Shown: positions 44,584 to 51,770 of the stretch, in pieces
How positions within the stretch are numbered: position 1 is the stretch's first letter
How the letters are laid out: each line of letters begins with the position of its first letter
Source of the DNA: a phage
DNA length: 64,000 nucleotides
Sequence record: OZ346212.1
Strand: one strand, 5' to 3'
The notes under the pieces: generated by a model
The model's input: the letters and a program-made list of their open reading frames with translations, nothing else
The model's database searches: none
Told to the model about the DNA's origin: nothing
Position numbers and translations under genes: made by a program

Positions 44584-44773
44584 GCTTAAATCTGCATGGA
44601 ACATCGCTGTGGGGGACGAGATCCGTATCCCAGGTGGAAAGACCATTATGAAAATATCTCGTATCGAGTACGAAGGTGATCGTGTATTTCATATCTTTGC
44701 AGAAGATGGTCGAGAGATTTATATACAGGTAGGATCTCACATCTATATTCGTAAGAAAGGGGAGGACAAATGA
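44576..44773 (+). CDS. hypothetical small protein (65 aa)
   Basis: ATG 44576 with SD AAGGAAGG; track start 44510 lies deep inside upstream gene. Confidence 0.5.
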   Translation: MFKLKSAWNIAVGDEIRIPGGKTIMKISRIEYEGDRVFHIFAEDGREIYIQVGSHIYIRKKGEDK

Positions 44774-45099
44774 CAGAGATCATCATTTCAACTGCAGGGT
44801 ATGTATTCCTGACAATCATTGCACTGGCTATTTTGGTGACAGTGTATGGGTTTGTTATCCTTCCTATCCTTGAGACATTTAGTTTGTGTCGGTGTTGGAG
44901 AAAAGCTTACGGTCCACAACCATGGAAGGACTGGCCCCACCTGGTGCGCTTAGCGTTCTCTTATGCTTACGATCACTCCAGTAGTGCATGCATAACCGGA
45001 TACCACGCCCACAACTGGAGCTGGGAAGGGTTGAGGAAATGGAATGTTACAAAGACCATACCTCTGCGCATGTACAAACCTAAAAACAAAGACAACTGA
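44770..45099 (+). CDS. hypothetical membrane protein (109 aa)
   Basis: SD GGGGAGG; N-terminal hydrophobic helix IISTAGYVFLTIIALAILVTVYGFVILPIL. Confidence 0.6.
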   Translation: MTEIIISTAGYVFLTIIALAILVTVYGFVILPILETFSLCRCWRKAYGPQPWKDWPHLVRLAFSYAYDHSSSACITGYHAHNWSWEGLRKWNVTKTIPLRMYKPKNKDN

Positions 45100-45129
45100 T
45101 ACTTGAAAATTCCTGGCATATCAAGTATA

Positions 45130-45600
45130 AGGGGGATTTCTAAAATGGATTTCCTCCTTTTGATATTTCACCGGGCTGGATATTTTAAAATTCTTAGAAA
45201 ATCAGAAAATGGATCGAAAACTAAAATGGATTTTTCAGAGTAGGCGCGACAAGCTGAATAACTCATCCTATCGTTTGCACCATATTCCAGGCCACCATTA
45301 TAGATTTCCCACACATGCTAACCTCTCCCTACTAGAACTTCCTCCACTTACCCTTGACCTTCTATGGTAACAATCTAACCGCTATCTTGAAGTTGCGGTG
45401 CAGCTTTCCAGGTACTCGATCTACTTTTCATTTCAGGGCTTGGATTTTCTGAAAATTTTTCTCGATAAATTTCTCAGTACTCGATCTGTTTTTCGTTTTC
45501 TGAATCGGATTTTCTGGAAATCGTTCCGGCTCTCAACCTGAAATTTTTGGGGACGAAATCGATTTTTCGTTTTCAGAAATGGATTTTTAAAATTTCTATA
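45130..45600. repeat. AT-rich noncoding region with iteron-like short direct repeats
   Basis: AAATGGAT(T/C) x4, GTACTCGATCT x2, GGATTTTCTG x2, TTTCGTTTTC x2; no credible ORF. Confidence 0.6.
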
Positions 45601-45648
45601 TGGGAATATTTTAGTGGATACTGTTTTATAGGAAATTGTTACGGAGGG

Positions 45649-45666
45649 TAATTAGCATGCTAATTA
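45649..45666. promoter_or_regulatory. 18-bp perfect palindrome TAATTAGCATGCTAATTA (candidate protein-binding site)
   Basis: Perfectly self-complementary 18-mer in noncoding DNA. Confidence 0.5.
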
Positions 45667-45689
45667 AATTTATTAAATGCGAGGAGTTC

Positions 45690-45960
45690 TCATTTAGAAT
45701 TTTGAATGATAATCATTCTCGTTTGCAGAATAACGGGCAGGCCCGGTGATTGTCTCCCGGCCCCTGTTGCCCCGGCTTGTTATTATAGTATCACACAGGA
45801 CAAAGAAAGCAAGGACTTTTTGCATAAATTTTTAAATGATAATGATAACCGTTCTCATTTTATGCAGCGCCCATCCCCGGTGGTTGTCTCCCCCGTCACC
45901 GGTGCCTGCCGTCCTTTCGATATGTATATTGTGCCACCTGGCGGGGCCGCTGTCAACACT
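45690..45960. repeat. two tandem structured noncoding repeats with Fur-box-like head (ATGATAAT...) and conserved core CCCGGTG(A/G)TTGTCTCCC
   Basis: Copy 1 about 45692..45790, copy 2 about 45838..45960; track ORF 45706..46062 spans them but looks noncoding. Confidence 0.5.
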
Positions 45961-46120
45961 TTTCAAAAAATTTTTCTAACCTGGTGCGCTAACCGTTGCA
46001 ACCTGGCGGGGCCAGCCTGGCAGGACCTAACTGACCAGGTAGGGGAGAATGAAGGCTTGTAAACCTGGTGGGCCTATGCTACAGGATAGGTAACAATTGA
46101 AGAGGAGGTACAAAAATGAT

Positions 46121-46231
46121 ATGATCCCCCTGGAAAATGTAGCTATTAATGACTCTGAGGCTATCGCCCTGGTTGAAAAGGCTATGGCGGGAGCGTTGGA
46201 ACATAAAGAAGAGTACGAAAATGGTGGTTAA
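46121..46231 (+). CDS. hypothetical small protein (36 aa), not in ORF track
   Basis: ATG preceded by strong SD GAGGAGG at 46102; ends in TAA inside motif GGTTAACCTGGCGGGG. Confidence 0.4.
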   Translation: MIPLENVAINDSEAIALVEKAMAGALEHKEEYENGG

Positions 46232-46283
46232 CCTGGCGGGGGCGGCAGGTGGATTCTATCATAAAAATAATTTAAAATAGTAG

Positions 46284-46311
46284 TTGACAACAAGGTTAAT
46301 CATGGTATTAT
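46284..46311 (+). promoter_or_regulatory. sigma70-like promoter (TTGACA-N16-TATTAT)
   Basis: Hexamers at 46284 and 46306. Confidence 0.6.
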
Positions 46312-46361
46312 TACCCTACAAGGTGAACAACACCGCACTAACCAGTAAAGAGGATAAATTT

Positions 46362-46559
46362 ATGAACGCATACGGGATCAAAGTACGTCGCAACACTCGC
46401 CAGGTGGTCACCAATCAAGTGATTTGCCGGGTGGATGTAACCATCAACAACGGGCAAGGCCTTTATAAATTTCGTCGCGGTCATAGCTATACCCTGCAAC
46501 AGCTTAATCGTTGCGCCCTGACAAAAGGTCAGATCAACCACTGGTTTAATAAAAAATAA
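46362..46559 (+). CDS. hypothetical small basic protein (65 aa)
   Basis: ATG 46362 with SD AAAGAGGA; track start 46284 lies in the promoter. Confidence 0.55.
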   Translation: MNAYGIKVRRNTRQVVTNQVICRVDVTINNGQGLYKFRRGHSYTLQQLNRCALTKGQINHWFNKK

Positions 46560-46562
46560 GTA

Positions 46563-46591
46563 TTGACATACAGTCAGACACCAAATACACT
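46563..46591 (+). promoter_or_regulatory. sigma70-like promoter (TTGACA-N17-TACACT)
   Basis: Consensus -35 with weaker -10. Confidence 0.5.
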
Positions 46592-46623
46592 AAAAGCACA
46601 AAAGACACTAAGAGGATAAAATC

Positions 46624-46809
46624 ATGAAAACCACTACCTTTAATTTTGATAATGCAGACTTTTCTTTTTCTGATGTCAAGAACTGCCGCCGTGATCGTGG
46701 ATTTTACAAGGCTTATAATCTGGTGGGCCTGGACGATGACAATAATTTGCACGAAGTAGCTGAGATCCAGCTTGACAGATTGGACGGGAAAGTACTAAAA
46801 ACTTATTGA
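46624..46809 (+). CDS. hypothetical small protein (61 aa)
   Basis: SD AAGAGGA upstream. Confidence 0.6.
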   Translation: MKTTTFNFDNADFSFSDVKNCRRDRGFYKAYNLVGLDDDNNLHEVAEIQLDRLDGKVLKTY

Positions 46810-46810
46810 G

Positions 46811-46857
46811 TTTATTTTTAGATGGCCTTGACACCAGGGCCATCAATAAAGTAAACT
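46811..46857 (+). promoter_or_regulatory. promoter-stem-loop cassette, copy 1
   Basis: TTTATTTTTAG-ATGGCC-ttgacaccag-GGCCAT-CAATAAAGTAAAC; -35 TTGACA sits in the hairpin loop, -10-like TAAACT 18 nt downstream. Confidence 0.6.
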
Positions 46858-46889
46858 AACCACAGTTGAGCGGAAAAGGAGGCTTAAAG

Positions 46890-47009
46890 ATGAGCACTAC
46901 ACGCCAGCACACAAAGGTAACCATCATCGTTTGCATCATTGGGTACATCCTGGCGCAAATGTTGATGGGTAGCGCCAACGGTGTCGCAAAATTTTTCTTA
47001 AACTTTTAA
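46890..47009 (+). CDS. hypothetical small hydrophobic peptide (39 aa), not in ORF track
   Basis: ATG with SD AAAGGAGG directly downstream of cassette copy 1. Confidence 0.4.
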   Translation: MSTTRQHTKVTIIVCIIGYILAQMLMGSANGVAKFFLNF

Positions 47010-47037
47010 TTGACAAGCTAACTTAAATCGATATAAT
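47010..47037 (+). promoter_or_regulatory. consensus sigma70 promoter (TTGACA-N16-TATAAT)
   Basis: Hexamers at 47010 and 47032. Confidence 0.7.
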
Positions 47038-47088
47038 AAGCACATAAACGGGAAAACTTCCCAGAACACACAAAAGGAGAAAAACACC

Positions 47089-47430
47089 ATGACTACTATG
47101 ACCGCCTCAGAAAAAGCTATGCAGATCGCTGAACTGAAAAAACAGATCGCAGACCTTGAGAATAAGATCGATAACTTTGAAATCGACGAGGACAAGTACG
47201 ACGAAAACTATGATGAATGGTTAGACGAGATCTACGGCGAAATTATGATCGGAAACATTTCTTTTCTTCCGTCGCGTATCCTCAAGGAGCTAGATCCTAT
47301 CGCTTACCGCTGCGGATTTAGCGACTACATCGACAGCCTGGATATTGAGGACGATGAAGAATACCAGGAATTACAGACAGAGTTAGAAGAAGCAAAAGAA
47401 GAGCTTGCGGAGCTGGAAGAAAACGAGTAA
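47089..47430 (+). CDS. hypothetical acidic coiled-coil protein (113 aa)
   Basis: SD AAAGGAGA; leader hairpin GGGAA-aac-TTCCC at 47050. Confidence 0.65.
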   Translation: MTTMTASEKAMQIAELKKQIADLENKIDNFEIDEDKYDENYDEWLDEIYGEIMIGNISFLPSRILKELDPIAYRCGFSDYIDSLDIEDDEEYQELQTELEEAKEELAELEENE

Positions 47431-47433
47431 GCT

Positions 47434-47478
47434 TATTTTTAGATGGCCTTGACACCAGGGCCATCAATAAAGTAAACT
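47434..47478 (+). promoter_or_regulatory. promoter-stem-loop cassette, copy 2 (identical to copy 1 over 45 nt)
   Basis: TTATTTTTAGATGGCCTTGACACCAGGGCCATCAATAAAGTAAAC. Confidence 0.6.
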
Positions 47479-47519
47479 TTATACTGTTAACACTGAACTA
47501 ATGCATAGGAGTTAAAACC

Positions 47520-47765
47520 ATGGCAGCACTAATCACCAAATATTATGCCCCTACCAACACCAAAAGCGCCCGTATCATGGTAAAAGGCTTCGGACGTAAA
47601 AAGGTGTACACCTGGGATTATGCCTTAGACACGGAAGACAACTACACCAACGCAATGACCGATTTTATTAATGAACTAAATAAGCAGATCTTGACAAGTT
47701 ATAAAGTGACCGATATTGCTTATATAGGTGAAGGCGGGATCTGTTTTGTAGGCATTGTGAAATAG
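47520..47765 (+). CDS. hypothetical small protein (81 aa)
   Basis: RBS context ATAGGAGTTAAAACCATGGC shared with gene 51771. Confidence 0.6.
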   Translation: MAALITKYYAPTNTKSARIMVKGFGRKKVYTWDYALDTEDNYTNAMTDFINELNKQILTSYKVTDIAYIGEGGICFVGIVK

Positions 47766-47815
47766 TTATTTTTTCGGTGGTCCTGGTTGCAGGGCCATCT
47801 ATAAAGATAATTTAT
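47766..47815 (+). promoter_or_regulatory. degenerate copy of the promoter-stem-loop cassette
   Basis: TTATTTTTTCGGTGGTCCTGGTTGCAGGGCCATCTATAAAGATAA aligns with the cassette but -35 and stem are degraded. Confidence 0.35.
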
Positions 47816-47839
47816 TAACACCATGAAAGGAGAAAGTAC

Positions 47840-48193
47840 ATGATCAGCGGGGCAAGTTTTATTATTGGCGCTATTGCTACGGCTTTAATTGTAAATAAGA
47901 TCCAGGATAAAAAGGAAAGAGGAAGTACCGCCCTTGCAGAATATCCATTTTGGGCATTCAACGATAACGAAGATTATATTATAAAGTATAAAAATAAAGA
48001 AGGTGACCAAGTAACACCGCGACCGATCCCGGCTTACAAAATGCAGGAAACACTATACCGCCTGGAGGCGGGTGGCGCAAAAATTGTAGACTTTTGGGGA
48101 TACGACCACACAGATCAGGAAGTTATAAAGCGCCGTATCCGGGCTATTCAGGCCAATATTGAAGTTAGCAAGGGGGGAATATATGAAAATTAA
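47840..48193 (+). CDS. hypothetical protein with N-terminal transmembrane helix (117 aa)
   Basis: SD AAAGGAGA; N-terminus ISGASFIIGAIATALIV. Confidence 0.6.
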   Translation: MISGASFIIGAIATALIVNKIQDKKERGSTALAEYPFWAFNDNEDYIIKYKNKEGDQVTPRPIPAYKMQETLYRLEAGGAKIVDFWGYDHTDQEVIKRRIRAIQANIEVSKGGIYEN

Positions 48194-48380
48194 TTTCGAG
48201 AAAATTGTAAAGCGCCCTCATGATTCCGAAGAGCTGCCAGAACGCCGCCAGCGTAACAATAAACTGAATAAGCCAAAAAGGTTTGGGAAGATCTGGCGTA
48301 ATCATTATGATCGTAAATTGCCCGGCCTACTTTTGGAACGTGAACGACAGGCAGAACGATACCGCCATAAAGACAAATAA
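48183..48380 (+). CDS. hypothetical small basic protein (65 aa)
   Basis: ATG 48183 with SD AAGGGGGG; overlaps end of upstream gene. Confidence 0.5.
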   Translation: MKINFEKIVKRPHDSEELPERRQRNNKLNKPKRFGKIWRNHYDRKLPGLLLERERQAERYRHKDK

Positions 48381-48388
48381 CAACCAAC

Positions 48389-48417
48389 GCCCCGCCATTG
48401 TGCGGGGCTTTTTATTT
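48389..48417 (+). terminator. rho-independent terminator
   Basis: GCCCCGC-cattgt-GCGGGGC followed by TTTTTATTT. Confidence 0.75.
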
Positions 48418-48537
48418 CTATCCTACGAATAGCGCCCCTGGTTGGCCCTGTAAGCGCCAAAAAGGCCCCCACCTATGCAATCGCCCCTTTAACCTGAAAA
48501 CATCGCCCAGGGCCGTTTCATGGCGTTAAAAATATCA

Positions 48538-48565
48538 TTGACATCGTCAACAGGTTAGCTATACT
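48538..48565 (+). promoter_or_regulatory. sigma70-like promoter (TTGACA-N16-TATACT)
   Basis: Hexamers at 48538 and 48560. Confidence 0.6.
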
Positions 48566-48597
48566 AACCACATCAAAGAGAGAAAGGAGTAAACGCC

Positions 48598-48858
48598 ATG
48601 CGTAAATTAAAAAATTTTGATAAAGTTGATGTTATCCTGAATAATTTTTACTACTGCAACAACAAGGCTATTTGGTGGCGTGATAGTTCCACCGATAAAG
48701 TCAGGGCGCGCTTTCTTCAGGGGCACTGGCAAGGCCGCCCAGTGATTAAAATCATGGGGCAATCGGTAGCGTTTAAAAATTGCCGCCGTGTTGATGACGT
48801 TGAGGAGATTTTAAACATTTTGCGCCACAATAATTTAAAAAATAGTGTTGACAAGTAA
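48598..48858 (+). CDS. hypothetical basic protein (86 aa)
   Basis: SD AAAGGAG upstream. Confidence 0.6.
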   Translation: MRKLKNFDKVDVILNNFYYCNNKAIWWRDSSTDKVRARFLQGHWQGRPVIKIMGQSVAFKNCRRVDDVEEILNILRHNNLKNSVDK

Positions 48859-48875
48859 GCCTCAATAAGTATACT
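48848..48875 (+). promoter_or_regulatory. sigma70-like promoter (TTGACA-N16-TATACT) overlapping the 3' end of the upstream gene
   Basis: Hexamers at 48848 and 48870. Confidence 0.55.
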
Positions 48876-48932
48876 TAAACACACAGGCGGGAAAACTTCC
48901 CGCCACTAACAAAGAAAATAGGAGAAAATATC

Positions 48933-49556
48933 ATGACCACCGTTAACATTACCGCAGGTTACAATTTATCTTTCGACGTGCTGACCGACGAACAAAAAGA
49001 AAAAGCCGTTGAAATGGTCCGCGAAAGAGAAGAACACAGCGGGGATAACTTTTTTGCAGAAAGTGTAATTGAATACTATAAAGAATATGTTTTTCCAGAG
49101 TATGGCCTTGAAGATACCGAAGTACATTGGTCAGGCTTTTGGTGCCAGGGTGACGGCGCGTCAATCAGTGCTGAAAACGTGGATTTAGAAAAATTTTTAC
49201 GTAAAGTAAAGGCCCTGACCAAGTTCCGATCAATTCGTCACTTGTTCGGCACAATGCACGATGGCGAGTTATCAGCCAGTGTTGAACGCGACAAGTACAG
49301 CCATTACAGCCATGAAAACACTGTAAGCGGGTACATTGATACCACTTGGCTAGATCTGACCGCCAAACAAGAAAACAAAGTGGAAGACCTGGAAGAACTG
49401 ATCACCGAGACGGTACGGGAGCTATCCCGCAAGGTTTACGTAGACCTGGAGGAGGCCTATCTAGAACAGTTCACCGCAGAAAACCTGATCGGCCTTATCG
49501 AGGCCAATGATTGGCGGTTTGATGTCGATGAATATGGTGAGATGACTTTTTCATAA
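48933..49556 (+). CDS. hypothetical acidic protein (207 aa)
   Basis: SD AGGAGAA; leader hairpin GGCGGGAA-aac-TTCCCGCC at 48886. Confidence 0.65.
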   Translation: MTTVNITAGYNLSFDVLTDEQKEKAVEMVREREEHSGDNFFAESVIEYYKEYVFPEYGLEDTEVHWSGFWCQGDGASISAENVDLEKFLRKVKALTKFRSIRHLFGTMHDGELSASVERDKYSHYSHENTVSGYIDTTWLDLTAKQENKVEDLEELITETVRELSRKVYVDLEEAYLEQFTAENLIGLIEANDWRFDVDEYGEMTFS

Positions 49557-49564
49557 ATAAAGTG

Positions 49565-49592
49565 TTGCAATAACCTAAAAACCTGCTATATT
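49565..49592 (+). promoter_or_regulatory. sigma70-like promoter (TTGCAA-N16-TATATT)
   Basis: Hexamers at 49565 and 49587. Confidence 0.5.
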
Positions 49593-49646
49593 AAAACTCA
49601 AGGGGGCAAGACGTTTGCCCCAACACAAAACAAAGAGGATAACATC

Positions 49647-50027
49647 ATGAAAAACACTACCAAGGCTATTGACACCGTTATGTTTAACCTGGTTACATTC
49701 CGTGAAGATATGAAAGATCTTCCTCGTGAAACAGTGTGCGACCATATCGAAAACTATCGCAAACTAATCAAAGAGTTGCCTTTAAAACGTGATCAATATG
49801 CGGCTAACGCCATGCTTAATGCCATGATCAAAAAGATGATCCAGTGTGATTTAACCCTGGCCTATGATTATGCAGGCGGTCGTTTTGCAGTATACAATCA
49901 GCCCGTGCCCGGTATGAGCACCACCGAAGAATTGCACGCGCTCAATCTAAAACAAGACGTGTGGGATAGTATGCCTCGCGTGGTGGTATGGGTAGAAAGC
50001 GGAAAGATTTACGGCGATAATTTTTAA
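49647..50027 (+). CDS. hypothetical protein (126 aa)
   Basis: SD AAAGAGGA; leader hairpin GGGGCAA-gacgt-TTGCCCC at 49603. Confidence 0.6.
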   Translation: MKNTTKAIDTVMFNLVTFREDMKDLPRETVCDHIENYRKLIKELPLKRDQYAANAMLNAMIKKMIQCDLTLAYDYAGGRFAVYNQPVPGMSTTEELHALNLKQDVWDSMPRVVVWVESGKIYGDNF

Positions 50028-50036
50028 TCAGGTAGC

Positions 50037-50063
50037 AGGCGGCATATTTGCCGCCTTATTGTT
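50037..50063 (+). terminator. terminator-like hairpin with weak U-tract
   Basis: AGGCGGCA-tatt-TGCCGCCT followed by TATTGTT. Confidence 0.5.
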
Positions 50064-50091
50064 AATCAGAACTGTAAAAGAGGTACATAGA

Positions 50092-50463
50092 ATGGAATTT
50101 ATTATTTTGGCTGTATTGGTTGCCTTGTTTAACGCCTGGATCGCTGGCAAGATGGGAAGATCCGCCTTTTTATGGTTTATTATATCTATTTTCCTGGGGG
50201 TGGTTGCAACTATTGTATTGGTTATCCTTGCAATTGTTGACAAGGGGAATAATAGAAAGGGTAAAGTATTTTCAGACCTGTACGACGCTCAAACGTTTGT
50301 CAACGCCTATTATAGTGATCTTCCAGTCTCCCTACGTTGCAGCCTTGCACAACAGGTTTTCGATGAAGCTAAAACCAGAGATCACGCCCATGAGATTTGT
50401 TTAACTGAGGCGGATCGCCTATTTGAGAGGAATAGAAAATATGTGGACCAGCCGTTTAAATAA
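50092..50463 (+). CDS. hypothetical membrane protein (123 aa)
   Basis: ATG 50092 with SD AAAGAGG; two hydrophobic helices near N-terminus. Confidence 0.55.
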   Translation: MEFIILAVLVALFNAWIAGKMGRSAFLWFIISIFLGVVATIVLVILAIVDKGNNRKGKVFSDLYDAQTFVNAYYSDLPVSLRCSLAQQVFDEAKTRDHAHEICLTEADRLFERNRKYVDQPFK

Positions 50464-50573
50464 TGCCACGTTAATTAACCCCTTTAGTAAAGATTTGAAG
50501 CCAGCCGCCTGGCGGGATGGATTCAATAACGAACGCTTTATTTTCAGGCCTGATCTTGAGGAATTTTATAACA

Positions 50574-50699
50574 ATGGATCGAACAACAGCGGAGATAATT
50601 TTTCTTGTGGTGTGTGTCGTGATAGGACTCCTGGGGGCCATTGTAGATCGCGTCACTACTACCAGAAGGAAAGGGGGAGACGATGACAACCAAGGATAA
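50574..50699 (+). CDS. hypothetical small membrane peptide (41 aa)
   Basis: Internal ATG of track ORF 50517..50699; hydrophobic helix IIFLVVCVVIGLLGAIV; start uncertain. Confidence 0.35.
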   Translation: MDRTTAEIIFLVVCVVIGLLGAIVDRVTTTRRKGGDDDNQG

Positions 50700-50802
50700 G
50701 CCCCGCACCGATAAGGTGCGCCGTGTTATGGTATGGCTTGAGATCATCGCCCTTGAAATATTGTTAGGCGTAGGGATGTATTTTATCTCTGTAAGTAACT
50801 GA
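50683..50802 (+). CDS. hypothetical small membrane peptide (39 aa), not in ORF track
   Basis: ATG preceded by AAGGGGGAGA; hydrophobic helix; followed by terminator. Confidence 0.4.
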   Translation: MTTKDKPRTDKVRRVMVWLEIIALEILLGVGMYFISVSN

Positions 50803-50806
50803 TAAC

Positions 50807-50838
50807 GGCCCCCGATCCCTGGGGGGCCTAACTTTTTT
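50807..50838 (+). terminator. rho-independent terminator
   Basis: GGCCCCC-gatccct-GGGGGCC followed by TAACTTTTTT. Confidence 0.7.
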
Positions 50839-50861
50839 CAAAAAATTTTTCTTCCGGGGTG

Positions 50862-50890
50862 TTGCAATCCGGTCCTGAATATGGATAATA
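50862..50890 (+). promoter_or_regulatory. sigma70-like promoter (TTGCAA-N17-ATAATA)
   Basis: Shares AATATGGATAATA with promoter 51679. Confidence 0.5.
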
Positions 50891-50945
50891 ACAATCAACG
50901 GGGAAACATCCCCACCAACACAAAAACCAGAAAGGAGAAACAAAA

Positions 50946-51146
50946 ATGAGCAACAATATCCGCGTTATTAACTTCAAAAAAGAAGAAAAAATTGCCGTGC
51001 TGATTGACGGTCAAGAAATCTTCAAGGGCGACTATGAAGATCATCAAACGGCGATTAGTATCACTCGCGTGATTGGTTACCATAATTTTTACCCCCAAGG
51101 CGCTGAGGCGGCGGTTAAACGAATCAAAGAGATTGTAGGCCTGTAA
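50946..51146 (+). CDS. hypothetical small protein (66 aa)
   Basis: SD AAAGGAGA; leader hairpin GGGGA-aaca-TCCCC at 50900. Confidence 0.6.
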   Translation: MSNNIRVINFKKEEKIAVLIDGQEIFKGDYEDHQTAISITRVIGYHNFYPQGAEAAVKRIKEIVGL

Positions 51147-51148
51147 AA

Positions 51149-51194
51149 TTTATTTTTAGATGGCCTTGACTCTAGGGCCATCAATAAAGTAAAT
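51149..51194 (+). promoter_or_regulatory. promoter-stem-loop cassette, copy 3
   Basis: TTTATTTTTAGATGGCCTTGACTCTAGGGCCATCAATAAAGTAAAT; differs from copies 1-2 at 3 positions. Confidence 0.6.
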
Positions 51195-51239
51195 TTAAAC
51201 CCTGTTAAAATACCACGCAGTTAACAAGGAGTAATGATC

Positions 51240-51539
51240 ATGTTTATCCAGGCTAATAATCTTTATTTCTTTGATGGTCAGATCGTAGATGGTGTGGAAG
51301 TGGAGATCACTGGGTGCCCTGGTGGTCAGGCTATGACTTTTCGGAATAATGCCTTTGATGATTCTCATATCGTTATGAGAATGGAAGTTACAAAGCTGGA
51401 CGACAAGAAAACGCTCATTGACTATTCCGTGAAAGATCATCCAGACTACCACATGATCTATGGTGATTTGTGCATTGTTGACCGTGACAAGGTGGGCGGC
51501 ATTGTGATCGCTATTGTGAACGATGTTTTCTCTGTATAG
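51240..51539 (+). CDS. hypothetical protein (99 aa)
   Basis: ATG 51240 with SD AAGGAG. Confidence 0.55.
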   Translation: MFIQANNLYFFDGQIVDGVEVEITGCPGGQAMTFRNNAFDDSHIVMRMEVTKLDDKKTLIDYSVKDHPDYHMIYGDLCIVDRDKVGGIVIAIVNDVFSV

Positions 51540-51597
51540 TTCCGGCAAATGATGCAAAATAAGGCCCCTAGCAGGGCCTACAGCGATATAATCACAT

Positions 51598-51632
51598 AAA
51601 GGCCATGCAACCGCATGGCCTTTATTATTTTG
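51598..51632 (+). terminator. rho-independent terminator
   Basis: AAAGGCCATGC-aacc-GCATGGCCTTT followed by ATTATTTTGG. Confidence 0.8.
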
Positions 51633-51678
51633 GCGTTACAGCGGCCCCAAGGCGCTTAAAAATTTTTTAAAGAAGTAC

Positions 51679-51707
51679 TTGCATCAAGCCCTACAATATG
51701 GATAATA
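51679..51707 (+). promoter_or_regulatory. sigma70-like promoter (TTGCAT-N17-ATAATA)
   Basis: Hexamers at 51679 and 51702. Confidence 0.5.
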
Positions 51708-51717
51708 GGACGTGTCA

Positions 51718-51731
51718 GGGGGGGGGGGGGG
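51718..51731 (+). repeat. homopolymeric G14 tract between promoter and RBS of gene 51771
   Basis: 14 consecutive G, then a, gg, cccc. Confidence 0.9.
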
Positions 51732-51770
51732 AGGCCCCAATCATTAACCGGATAGATAGGAGTTAAAACC

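Noticed and set aside
45706-46062. 118-aa track ORF spanning the tandem structured repeats
   Set aside because: No RBS; the translation mirrors the nucleotide-level tandem repeat and GC-rich hairpins; the region reads as noncoding structured DNA/RNA.
48933-49556. Possible anti-restriction (Ard-like) identity for the 207-aa acidic protein
   Set aside because: Only a vague resemblance (acidic composition, WSGFWCQGDG motif) that I cannot tie to a defined family from memory; kept as hypothetical.
50423-50686. 87-aa track ORF overlapping two short hydrophobic ORFs
   Set aside because: C-terminal half is Arg/Gly-rich low complexity and competes with better-supported overlapping small ORFs (50574..50699, 50683..50802); left unannotated as too uncertain.
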